From Yuukianura sp. NJ FZ-2021 (Eukaryota), in contig CM102287.1 in NCBI GenBank assembly GCA_046563655.1, positions 6,944,001-7,008,000 on the forward strand: DNA of 64,000 nucleotides, written 5' to 3'. This document shows positions 49,901-61,683 of this stretch, one piece after another (within the stretch, counting starts at the first letter, position 1; every line of letters begins with the position of its first letter). The translations under genes and the position numbers were made by a program. Under the pieces are notes generated by a model that did no database searches, had not been told where the DNA came from, and saw only the letters and a list, made by a program, of their open reading frames with translations.

Positions 49901-52900
49901 AGAGGGTTGGCTATTTTCATGAATGTCAAATCCAGGGCGTTCTGGCTGTTGGCAACAACATTAGTTTTTGTTTTGCAGTTCGGGTTTAGCAGGAATAGTG
50001 TAAGGCTTGCTAGAACTTTTAATGAGATTGTCCTACTAACATACATAAAACATAAATACTTAGCAGTAGCAGAGCTTATGCAAGCTTTTTTTTTTTTGCT
50101 TTAGGACATTTATTCTTTATGGTCCACAGATTTTGTTTAATTTCCAGCAGTTTCGCTCTATCACGTAACTTCCCATGTTTATGAACGATAGTCATTAGGA
50201 TGGAAACACTTGAAATGAAGTTGGCTTAAAGTGTGGAATGGGACGTGCGATGAAATGTAGTAGCAATGGATGGAAAAATGAGTAGAGATTTACAAAAATT
50301 TATGCGATTATGGCGTTTTTTCAGGATTCGCGTTGAATCGATGGAATGGCCATGAAGAAACATGGATGAGATTCATACCTAAATAGAGTTGAATATGAAA
50401 AGAAACTGGTTTTTTATTTGCGCCGGCGCAAAGATAGTCTAACCAGTCCATCTGTATGCTAATGGTGTTGTCCATAACTTTGAACGAACGTTGTTATGAA
50501 TTTGCTACGCTAGCCACCGTAGTAGCTTTGTCACACTTGAGTACAATTTGGTTTGCAATTGTGTGCTGGTTAGGTTTGTTTTTGTGAAGATGTGATGCAA
50601 GAGCTGAATATTTTTGTAACAAAGATGCTCCACGTGGAGATGATGGAACGGAGATTGTAAAGTTGAAATAGGAGTCGATTTCGTAATGGTTCACTTTCTA
50701 AAAACTTAAACTAGTTTTTTATGACAGATGAAATGTAGAAACTCGTGTCATGTTGCAGTTCCAGTCGAGACACGCCTCTAAAATAGCATTTTAAATGACT
50801 TTCCAACATCATGTGTCGAATAATGTTATTTTGGTACATAAAATGCAGACACCTAAAAAATTTTGTTTTCAAATGATGATCTAATTTGTTGTTTTGGTTT
50901 CAGATTGTCCATGCCGTCGTTCTGTTGGCCCACTTTCATTCCCTTTCGTCTTTCATCCACGGCTGTGGAATTACACCGGAAGTAGATTTTGACAAAGGGC
51001 ACCACATGGACCCTGGAACGTTCAATGTGATTGGGAACAGTGGTGCTGGAACTGGAACGTCTTCACCACTTCCTGGAACTGGCAGTACAACTACTGGCAG
51101 TGGAACAGAAGAGATCTCAGGTCCAGCGTCACTTGGAGATCATGGATCCTCCTCTGTTACCACCACGCCCTACGCTATTAACAAAATTGACAAGACTGAT
51201 TCCCTGGCTTCTCCTACTGCGACGAAGTCATCAAGTGGACTCCTTCGGACAGCGACTCAAATGAACTCAAATGGAGCTTCAGCAGTCAGTCTCCCTTGTT
51301 CACCAACTACTGCCACTGGATCACCTACGCAGGGAAAGAAAGGTACCTCGGAAGTGGAAATTCTGATGGCCACTATGCGCAACTTGGCTGAAACTGTTCC
51401 GATTGAAGAGTGAGTTTGGCCTTGAGAAGTTAAACTATACTGATTTGAGACTTTGAATTGTTAATTGTGGTTACTTTGAATTTAGTCCTGAAGAACGGAA
51501 GAAGCGATTCGAAACAGTAGCATCGGCGGATGACACGCAAGAGAAGGAGAACGTTCTCAGCGCCGCGGCAGCAGTCAATAGTAGCCTTCCGGCCGACGTT
51601 TCTCCGTTTGTCAACGACCCTGATTTTACGTATGAAGATTTTGCCAAGAGTAGTCAAGTTTCTGACATGCACACGTTCCGAATTCAGGTACGATTTCGAA
51701 AAACATTTTCTAAAATTAAATTCGCGTTTTTGTATGAGAGTTGTTTGATTTGGACTGAAAATTACTTGGGCGTAAACAAGAAGATGACGCTTACATAACG
51801 AAACCAGTCCTCCTGAATTACTATGCAAAGCATGATATGAAAATATTATGCTTGAGAACTCAATTCCGGAACCATTAAATTTTATGACTGTCATGGTCCA
51901 GTTGGTTGGAAGCGATAGAGCCTGAGAGAACTCTTTATGAGAGATTTAACCTTGAGCAACTTTGCAGTTGAGTTGCAAATATTTTCCACCCTCTGGTGAT
52001 TTCACAGTGGGCCAAAAGTTGAAGAACTTCATTTCGAGTTGAACTTGTTTTGATAGTGCCACCTCGGCACGTGAAAGCGATTTAGTTTCACTGATGACTT
52101 TTGCTTACGACTACGTCAACCAAACAACTTTGCAACGCTCATTACTGCTCCTGCTAAACATGACTTTTTTTTTAATTGTGATAGGACTATTCTTGGGAAG
52201 AACAAGGATTTTCTTTGGTAAATCGCTTATATGCTGATGTGGGTGGATACTTGGATGACAAATTCAAGGTCGCACAGAATATGACGTACTACACAATGGG
52301 TGGAAGGCCTCATGTTGACACTACCAAGTTTCGTACTGCGGTTTGGAATTATATTCAATGCTTGTATGGAATTAGGTAAGCTGGATTTTATGAATAACTG
52401 GACTAGGTTTAAAATGAGCATAAGAAATTCCATGCTTTGAGATAACAATTTTTGTGTTTGTTCCAGACATGACGACTATGACTATGGAGAGGTAATTTGA
52501 CAACGGAAAATAACTTAAAATTTGACTCCTAAACGTGAACAACTTAAACTGAAACTTGATATAAAATTTAGGTCAATCAGTTGCTGGAACGGCCATTGAA
52601 ATCGTACATCAAAACTGTGTGCTGCTACCCAGTAAGTTTCCAGAAAGAATTTTTCGTTTTTGTATACTTTTTTGATTTTTTTAACTTCTTTTCATAATAT
52701 TCTGTCACTTTTAGGAGCGTATTACCAAGGCGGACTACGATAACGTTATGAGAGAATTCAAGCATTCGGAAAAGGTGAGTAACGACTCGGCTTAGACTCG
52801 AATTTTGTTTTTAGTTAGAGTTTTAGCATAACAGTCTGCCAAAACAAAGAAATCGGAGTCTGAGTTTATTTGTGTTTTCATATTTCTCGAGTGTCAGGTT

Positions 52901-53050
52901 TTGAACTTTTTTTTGAGTTTTTTTGTTTCTTTATATGTTAAAGTAACATGAATTTGTTTTTAGGTTCACGTCAACTTGATGATCATGGAAGCAAAACTTC
53001 AAGCAGAATTACTCTACTCACTTCGTACAATCATGAGATTTATTTTGTAA
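37968..53050 (+). CDS. Sesn: Sestrin, about 10 coding exons with two ~5-kb introns
   Basis: Exon ~43880-44047 reads [17 protein letters not shown]...[19 protein letters not shown]. Exon ~49199-49417 reads [10 protein letters not shown]...[10 protein letters not shown]...WSLSE. Exon from ~50904 reads [17 protein letters not shown]. Later exons give [57 protein letters not shown] and [27 protein letters not shown]. First exon 37968-38381 is assigned by phase and position and is less certain. Confidence 0.95.
42482..43461. mobile_element. Non-autonomous hAT-type DNA transposon (MITE) in sestrin intron 1
   Basis: Perfect 18-bp TIRs: taggggtcggaatccgga and tccggattccgaccccta. An exact 8-bp TSD gccagaac sits at 42474-42481 and 43462-43469. 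Multiple subterminal aatccggatt palindromes occur at both ends. Confidence 0.93.
42687..43224. repeat. 11-bp minisatellite (aatgttgtgcY)n with occasional 8-bp units, inside the MITE
   Basis: Directly visible tandem array with variants aatgttgtgct, aatgttgtgcc, aatgttgtacc and aatgttgt. Confidence 0.97.
49035..49134. repeat. 50-bp direct tandem duplication in sestrin intron 2
   Basis: taagcctatgtgttttagaaacgaaccaaYattgttatattatttgatat occurs twice with one mismatch. Confidence 0.9.
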
Positions 53051-53572
53051 ATAATTCAAGTCACGCACCCGAACACCAAAATTAAGCTCTAGTTCTAAGT
53101 TTTAAGATCATCTCTACGAGTCATAATAATCTGAAGCAAAAATCAGAACGCAAGTTAACACGAATGGTGCAGGTTTTAAGATAAAATTGCGCTTGTAGGA
53201 AGTTATAAAGTTAGGGTCGTGTAACACGGAGAGTTTCCCGATTTTTATTTGTTCTTATGATTGGAAAAGTACAAAATTTCTCCAGTTTCCCTCTCCTGCT
53301 TTTTTTTTGTTTCACCTCCAATGTTTTTGTGGAGTGGTCTTCGCTTTAATAATTTCAAGTTATCACTTTTAGCTGGAAACTAACCGAAATTAGAAATGCA
53401 TTTTTCAGCGTATAAAATATAAATGCTTCACCCTCAACGAATTTCTAATTTTACGAACCTAAGTTCGTATCTTCTCAAAAAACAACCCGATTTGATTTTG
53501 TAAAGGAGGGTATGCACGAAAGGCGGGGTCGTTTGATGGCGTCCAAAACTCGTTGAAACACTGCTTCCAAAA

Positions 53573-55570
53573 TCCACCACTTGATGTATACAGTTACATG
53601 TTCGCTCCCTAGAGGTCAGAAGAGATCAAGGTTATCTGAGCTCGTAGTTGATTCTTTCTCGTCGTTGAAGATAGCGTATTAGGTAAATCAGTTTCCCCTT
53701 AGAACGTAACTAGTTTACATTATTTTTTATTACAACCTTCCCTCAATTGTGAGTCAGAGTACCACAGTACCTCCAAGGACCTATCCTGGGTTCGAGGCAA
53801 TTGCGCCTGAATAAAACTCAAGAAATAACATTTTTCTCTTTGGGAGTACTTGAAACAAACAACTCCCAGAGTCAGCAGACACCACTGTGTGCACTAAAAT
53901 TTGGTCATCCTATCTCTGCCACTCGGTGCCATACCGGTTACCACCGAATGTTGGTATTCACTAAGTTATAGATACAATGTTAATACAATGCGTTCTATGT
54001 ATTATAATAACACTCTCTGTTGCAAAGACCATTTATCGTTTCAACTTACTCGCATTCTCACTTCTGAGGCGTCAATGTGTAAGTAAGCAGTATGAGGAGT
54101 TCTGGCGGCATGTCCTATAGTAAATAATCCTAACCGGTAGGTGCAAATCGGATGTCAACGGAGAATGCCGCTCGGGAATGCCGCTGACACATTTCCTTGT
54201 TTCTTCAAGCAATTGAAAAGCCCCCGTTTTGAATCTTTGCTTCTTCGGACAATATTATCATCCTACAGCCTAGGTAGGCTAACTCACAACGACATATTGT
54301 TGTCTTACGATTGAGATAAATGTGTAATTAAAGCTTTCCTGACAAAGGAAATGGTGCTTAGTTGACCATATTCCATAGCTATAAAACGATTAGCAGATTG
54401 CCGAGAAACAGTACGACCATATTCCATAGCTATAAAACGATTAGCAGATTGCCGAGAAACAGTACTACCTTGTGATCAGATCCGGAAATCTCTAAGACCC
54501 GCAACATATGCCTCCCTCGAATGGAAGTTTAAAAGGGTTTAAAATTACTTTATACATTCTCTTTCTTTGTCTTCCGATCACAATGGCGGTTCCTTGTTTC
54601 AAATGAATTCTAACGGAAGAGTTTCTAAAAACTTTCTATTTTTAAAAACCCTTGAACACATTAGAAATAAACTTTTTTAAACTCCGTTAACTTTTAAGTC
54701 AAGTTGGAGATAGGTGGTTGGATTTCAACTGAAAAGTAACTTCATCGAGTTGAGTTATTGAAAAATATACGCCTCCTACAACATGATAACATGATGTAGG
54801 TTTATGACAAGTTAAGGTAAAGTCTTTCATAAGTTAATGTAAGAAAGTTAATTTACTATTCGACATTGCCTGAAAGATGATTTCAACTCACCTTAGTCAT
54901 TCTTAAAATTTGAAATAAGTTGGGAATGTTGACCGTGAAATCGAAGATCAAAAGGAAATGAACAGATAATTCCAAGAGTAAAATAGCTTATGACCTGACA
55001 TAGGACAAAAATCAAGGACATGTTCTTGAAACTTGAACTAAAAGGATAAATTTAGCAAGAAATTTTTAGAATTTCAAAATGCTTCTTCGTTTTTAACACT
55101 TGCTCAACACTTTTCTTTTATTTCCAAAGGGTTGAACATAGCCTTAGGCCATGCACCGAATTTTATTTTTAAATCGAACAATTGGACAGGAAATGCAGCA
55201 ACGTTTTATAATATCCGAACAGAAAAAAATTTGTTGAAAAAAAAATAGATTCAAGCCGTTGATTCGCTCTAATGCTGGCATCGAACGGACAAATGTAGCA
55301 TGCATATTCTCGAAAGATATATAAGCCTTTATCAGGAACCAACGCATAGAATTCAAAATGAGTGCGTCTACCTAGAGAGGCAGTATGACTTACAATTGAA
55401 AAACATGTTGTAAAAAAAATAATGTAAACTAGTTAAGTTCTAACGGGAACTGATTAACCTAATACACAATCCTCAACGACGAGAAAGAATCAACTACGTG
55501 AGCTCAGATAACCTTGACCTCTTCTGACCTCTAGGGAGGGAACATGTAACTGCAAACATCAAGTGGTGGA
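53573..55570. mobile_element. ~2-kb segment bounded by ~165-bp imperfect inverted repeats; probable non-autonomous TIR element
   Basis: 53573-53736 (tccaccacttgatgt...ccctagaggtcagaagag...gttgattctttctcgtcgttga...aactagtttacattatttttt) matches the reverse complement of ~55408-55570. No coding interior and no TSD identified. Confidence 0.75.
54364..54465. repeat. Perfect 51-bp direct tandem duplication
   Basis: gaccatattccatagctataaaacgattagcagattgccgagaaacagtac occurs twice. Confidence 0.92.
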
Positions 55571-57258
55571 CATGTTGGACATGTTATCGTTTGTATAGGG
55601 GTACTACAGGGTGATCTGCCCGGTGAGATTAGGCAATTTTTGAAAAATCGTAGGGCAAAGAGTTGAGGCGGGGCGCTAATTTTGAAAATCTTAAAAACAA
55701 CCTTCAACTAAGTACTAGTTATGGTAAAAATCTCATGGTCAAATTCGGAGGGCAACCTGTCCAAAATTGACCTCGATTCTGGCACTTTTTCCTATCCCCC
55801 CCATGTTGGGAATTTCGAAAAAAAAGACGCCGTAAGTTTTGAACGGAAGTGAATTTTTTGAAAAGTTTTTATGGGTCAATGAGTCACATCATATGAAGTG
55901 TTCTCCCAAGATTTCATGAAATTTGGACAACATCATACGACCCCCCCCCCTTTCGTGCATACCCTCTGGTTAATTCTTGTAAATGATCTCAAGTTCAAAA
56001 TTCGAAACAATTTCGTCTAACTCTCCCTTACAAGAAGGTTTCGTTTCACTGTGCCTGTCTGGGCTTTTTAATTAACATGTTGTAATTTAGTAATTAACTT
56101 ATTTTAACGCTTTTCAATTTGCAACGGATACATAGTTTCAAAGTTCGAATAAGGTGAAGGGCAAAACTCTGTCTGGAAGTGGATTTAGTGTTTAGCTTGA
56201 AGGTTAGGATTCTACATGCGATTCTAAGAATTGTAACAAGGCGGAAAACTAATTTAATTGTAAAGTTAATTGAATAGAACTTGTTCAACTGAATTACTAT
56301 GATGCTGTACCAACTTATCCAGTGTTGACGCTCTCTTCTTTAGAAGTCCTACCTTGTGGAGATTGCTATTCATGTTAGCAAGTATCAGAAACTCCACTTT
56401 AATTCAATTTGTCTGGATCAATGAACTTTGTATACTGTAACTGTTACGACTTAAGGCCCTTTGTAAACCCTACGATCCTTTTGTGCGCTAAATTGCAGGA
56501 ACGACTCGGATTTGTTGATTTAGTATGGTTTTCCATCTGAATAGTTTGTGAATGAAGGATTTGACAAAACAAAAACTTTGTGATAAATGTAGTAACAAAA
56601 GGCGAAAGAAGGCTATAATTATTATTAGATGTTACAGTGAATATGCATAGTTGATGTGGTGTTGCTTGATGTGACCTGAGGTTAACAAAGTTAAAAACAA
56701 CATTAACTTGATACCAGTTTTGCACAGGAGTCGAATATTGGAAATTCGTGATTTTGATTGGAAATGGCTGGCATTATTGTTTGTAGGATGTTAAGTTTAA
56801 CTGGAGAAAACTGTTTGAACTGTTCGGATTAGGATTAATGCTAAGGTCAAGTTTGTAACATGCAACACTGTCAACTTAAATGCATCATGGACTTATTACG
56901 AGGAAAAAAAAACGAATAAAATAACGTAAATGAACACGAAACAATTATTCAGGAATCTGTTTTTTGAAGTTTCAATTTTTAAAATTGAAAACAAAAATGT
57001 TGAAAACTTGCAAAATTTGAAACGCAGTGATTTGAAATTGAAAAGATGAGATTCATATTCGTTTCGCTTTCGATTACTGTTAAACTTGTGCAAAGTAGTT
57101 AATTAAAGTAGTAAAGTAGTGAGTCAAGATTGTTTTTTTTTTTGCGGCTTAAAATGTAAAAAATTTTATTCGAAAATGCTTTATTTAAATGTTCAAATTT
57201 TTAGTTCAATATTTTCTAGAAAGTAGATGTTCTATTCGTCGAAGACGATTTAGACGCT

Positions 57259-58193
57259 TTAGTATCCCATGCCGTACAAGCCGTTATACCCATAATACGG
57301 ATATCCCAACCCTCCCATTGTATAATATGGATTGTAATAGTAGCTGTTGGGGTAGTAGCCATAATTGTAGTTGTAATAGCTGTAGCCAAGGCCGTTGTTG
57401 TATGGGTTGTAGTAGTTGTTGAACCAGTCTCCGAACATGCGCTGTCGCTCATTTGCTGCGACAAAGGCAAAATCGGATTAATTTCAACGTATGAAGAGCG
57501 TGGTTTTAAAAAATATTGAAGTTTTAGGCACTTACGATCAGCAGCTCCACTTCGCTGCTTTGTCATTGGAGTTGCTCGGCGTCCGGGGGCACCTTAAATG
57601 AATTATCAAAATTCTTTAGAAATTTTGAAACGAAGATTTTAGAAATTTAGAAATTACTTCTTCTGTTGGGTTCTGCTCCCGGTCCACTGGCAAGTTCAAC
57701 GCGATACATCCTTACAAGATCTCCTAATTAACATTAAGTAAACATTTAAGATGAGTCGTTAAGTTTTTATGGAAATTTAACCGATCACGTACCTGACTGC
57801 GTACGGTAAACTCCGGCGTTTTGGTCATGGCGGTACAATGTCACGAAATCTGGCAACACAAAAACACAAAAAATTCCACGAAATTGAGAAAAAATAGTTA
57901 AAGCGTCATTTTTTTCCAAAATGAAATGCGTTCTACCTGATTCAGTCTTGGATTCCAGCGATTTGGCTTTGGAGCTTGGTGCTGCTTCCAGCGCCGAGCG
58001 TTCCTGTGGAGGTTTGGCTAGGTCATGTGTCGCTTCTGCTGGTGCAACTATTTAGTCGACAGCAAATGTTATAAATTATCACAGCCTAGTTAATTTAAAT
58101 CGTATTTAGTTTCATAATAAACTTACCCGCGGCTTCTTCTGCAGCCGAAGCGTAGCAAACAAACAGCGCTACAATTAAAAACTTAAAAACCAT
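57259..58193 (-). CDS. Secreted protein with a Tyr/Gly/Asn-rich C-terminal tail (structural, cuticle- or adhesive-like), 6 exons
   Basis: Five phase-1 GT-AG introns. Reading: MVFKFLIVALFVCYASAAEEAA|VAPAEATHDLAKPPQERSALEAAPSSKAKSLESKTES|DFVTLYRHDQNAGVYRTQS|GDLVRMYRVELASGPGAEPNRR|SAPGRRATPMTKQRSGAAD|PNERQRMFGDWFNNYYNPYNNGLGYSYYNYNYGYYPNSYYYNPYYTMGGLGYPYYGYNGLYGMGY*. TATATAA on the minus strand at ~58295-58302. Confidence 0.85.
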
Positions 58194-59859
58194 TTTGAAA
58201 TAGGAAATGGAAGTTTTTCAGTTTTAGAAAACTGATGCTTGTATCTAAAGCGAGTGATCGAACTGGAATGATTCTACACCTTGAGAACCAGGCCCTTATA
58301 TACCAAACCGAAGGGATCCCTGGATTACACTTCATGTAAAGTTCAAGGTCAGCTTCGGATGTAATCTGGGTCAAGAGGATTGCAGAAGCACAAGGTAAGT
58401 CCTCACCTAAGGAACCTTCTCCTGACAAGTTACAAACAAAATCGGCACCCCAATTCGAAAGACCTTCACCTTCATCCAAAATTCAAAGCATTCAGATTTT
58501 GTTCCATAAAACTCATCTAAAATATGGTCAAAATTTTAAAAGATAAACATTTTTCGGTGAGATTTTGTGAATTATCGACGAGTTCAGAAGGCTTTAATTG
58601 TGCAAAACTAGAATCAATTTACAATTTGCATTAGAATATAAATTCATGTTAAGTTAGGAACACAATTCTTCATTTAGTGGAAGACACATCTGAGATTACC
58701 GTAAGGTGGGGCGTTACCATCTTCCAACCGCCATGAAGCTGCATTCGGAAGAATAAGTTGCATTTTAGGCCTCGTTGGCCAGGTCATGTCCACTAAGGAT
58801 TTTCTGTCTGTCCAAGCTCGCAATTGACAGGACAAACCATGCTGCAAGCATAGCTGCCACGATGTACTCAACCATGATGATTTACGAAAATAGTTGTAAC
58901 AAGTCAAGCAATTTGTCTTCAATTTGATTCTTTCCTCTCCTCTGCAAATACCGAACCTGCAGTATGAATTAGAAAAACTCATACTTTCAAAAATGTAAAC
59001 CGAATTTTATAGATTTCAAACCTTTTTTTTCGTAGTTTTGCGAATCGTGTGTCTCAGTCACTGCCAAACTCGAACTGCACGATGCTGGTTTTGTGCCAAG
59101 ATTCAGGATACGAATCTAAACGCCCATCCTTCTTTGATTTGACTTTATGCGAAGTTCAAGGGCACACAGAATGGTAGTTTGTTCCTCGTACTACTTTTGT
59201 TGTGGAAATGAAATTGTAAAGTGAAACCTCAAATGATCAATGTTCAAATTGATAAGAAGCAAAATTGACGGTTTTAAATATTCAATTATCTCGAGCGGAG
59301 CCACAAAACTCTTTCTCATGTACAATTCAGAACGAACGCGTTGGTTGAACAAAAGTGTACTGATTACTCAATTGTTACATTCAAGAATTTTGTGACGAAA
59401 AAGAATTTTTGTTCAAATCACTTCCGAAATAAATTGACATCTTCAAATCTATGAATTTTTGCAGTTGATACAATTTCTAAAATGGCATCGTATTTTCTTC
59501 TTTTTGTTTGCATTTGTCATTGTTATTGCAGGAAACGTTGTTTATTTTCCAGGGGGTTGGATTTTCAAATAGAATCATGGGCGTGGTGGCAACGACGGCA
59601 GCATTCGGCAGTGCAGTAGTAGAAATTTAGACATTAGGTTTAGCTTCAATGAATTGCCAAGGTGATTGTCTAGATTTTTCAGTCATAAAATAAACCATAA
59701 GAAAAATTACTATAAACGTCGAATTCTAAAATTCGGCGACAGCAGCATGCAGCATGCAGCAGCATCGCAGAAAATAGAAGTGTAAAATAGATACAAAATT
59801 TAAAATTCTGAACTTGTCCAGTTCAGTAAATCCCAAATTATTCCGTCTTTGTTCAAATT

Positions 59860-60513
59860 ATGACGTGTAACTACTGTAATCGTGTAAGAAAAGCACCACT
59901 TTTTAATTTTTACTTTAGGTATAACATCTCACCACTAACCAGGACTACTGACGCGTACCACGCCTTAGTGCGGAGATTTTCGCTTCACTGCGAATTTGGA
60001 AAAACTTGAGATGTAATAGCGTCTATTTTTTCCAGAATCATCTATGCCCGCCACGATTGTTCCGAACTCGTTGTAAACCGAAGCAATGCTACCTGGACTG
60101 CTTGACATTTCTATGCGACGACCGAGGTCACCTTCTACCACAGGTCAAACAATGTATTTGCAAAAAGACGAATCATTGGGGGTATCCAGTCGCCAGCATC
60201 TGGGATGAAGATTATTTCGGCTGTTCCGATCGCTGCAGGAGGCTAAGATGCCCGCCGCAGGTCTGCTGGCAACTTGAGGGTAAAATCAAAACTAAAAGCA
60301 AAGTGAGAAGTTCCATTTTCAAGAATAATCGTTGTTTTCAATTTCTTCAAAGATATGCCAAGGTACTTCAAATGCCGACCTCCATTGGCCGAATGTCACG
60401 ATCCGAACTGTTCTAACGTTAATGGTCAATCACATCAACCTCACGCTCACGCCAAAAAAGAAAAGAACTCTCCAAAGAAAAAGATGCAAGCAAAGGATAG
60501 AGAATCAAATTGA
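59860..60513 (+). CDS. Flattop/CFAP126-like ciliary protein, Cys-rich variant (5' exons tentative)
   Basis: Core LTFLCDDRGHLLPQV...NHWGYPVASIW resembles the Flattop signature (T-x-[FI]-x-x-[ND]-DRGHLL...NPWG...W, recalled from memory). Tentative model: MT|YNISPLTRTTDAYHAL|NHLCPPRL...CWQLE|DMPRYFKCRPP...KKKMQAKDRESN*. Confidence 0.65.
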
Positions 60514-60762
60514 TTTTTGGACGCTTGCTTGATGAATTAAGTTTGGATAATTCAAGGTTTGATTTTAATCAAAATCAATTAAAAGATTTCAACGAATTTA
60601 CACTTTTTGTGTTATAAACTTCATATAATTTCATTACAAATTCATATTAGGTTTAAAGCTCTTTCCAGCTTGTAGTTTCTGGCACAAGGACCTCCGTGAT
60701 AAGTAGAGTTGGTCCTCGCGTTAGTAAGTTTAAGTTAATTGAGGTGCACTTCAGCGTGTCTC

Positions 60763-61188
60763 TTATTTCTCCCATGTACTGAAATAATATAAGTTTATGT
60801 TTAAAATCAATTCAGACAGACGATTTTTCGGAAACATATTTTTAAAACTTACTTTTGCTTATTCGCATAAAATATTTCGCCATCGAATGCCACTCCTGCT
60901 GGTAGGGAACCAAAATAATCCGCTGGAAGTATCAGCGTCGGCTTTTCTGCTTTGTATTCTACGTACTTGGATTTTACAATTCCACCCGAAGTATTTGGTG
61001 GAAGAACAGTCATCAGCAGTACAAGGCCAAAACAGAACTATGAACAATTAAAAAAATGAGACATTTCGATTTTGAATTTGAGAAAACTGTTGAATTCTTG
61101 TGAGCAATTATTTTTTGACACCCAAACAAGAGTGTATTAGTCTAAACTTTTAATTTGTACTTACTAGGACTGATGTGTTCGGCTTCAT
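60763..61188 (-). CDS. Small orphan secreted peptide (~74 aa), 3 coding exons
   Basis: MKPNTSVL|FCFGLVLLMTVLPPNTSGGIVKSKYVEYKAEKPTLILPADYFGSLPAGVAFDGEIFYANKQN|TWEK*. Both donors are consensus gtaagt, the acceptors are ttcatag and tttcag, and phases are compatible. Confidence 0.55.
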
Positions 61189-61683
61189 TTCCAAAGTATT
61201 GGCTTGAGCAACGTCTTTCTGGCAATAATGGCTCGGAAATGACTGCCTTTCCGAAAATTCTAGCACCTTATATTTGCTTTCCTTTTCCTGTTTGTTGTTT
61301 TGTTTATTTCAATGTTCAATAACAAAACAAAAAGCATCTTATTTTTAGAATGCTCGAACGAAAGTGTTGGAAAATTACCACAATTTCCAATTTGAGGGAA
61401 GGTCACCTCCATCATTTGGCCCAACCCACCTCTCCCAACGTACCGAATGACGATTTCCTTTGAACAATTTAAGGAATTTAAAAAATTATCATATATACAT
61501 GTTTTAATAAGTATGTATTGAAATTGAATTAATTTACACACTTTGCGGAAAACCGGCACTCAAATGTTGGTCATTTATAGCGACGCAATGGAAGCCAATT
61601 CTGGCGAAAAGTGGGGCTCTTTTGACACGAAACTTTTGTCATAAAGAGAAACGGCGCGAGAAACAGAAATCGGTAATTTTTGA

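Noticed and set aside
55606..55970. Possible Tc1/mariner-type MITE starting tacagggtg (similar start at ~14376)
   Set aside because: No convincing matching right TIR or TA duplication found by eye.
57216..57566. Thr-rich ORF (-) and Cys-rich ORF 57189-57422 (+) from the ORF track
   Set aside because: Alternative-frame and antisense shadows of the Tyr-rich last exon; splice phase supports the Tyr/Gly/Asn frame.
59482..59628. Short ORF MASYFLLFVCICHCYC... resembling the knottin leader
   Set aside because: Similarity is limited to a T-rich start; no propeptide, Cys framework or splice support.
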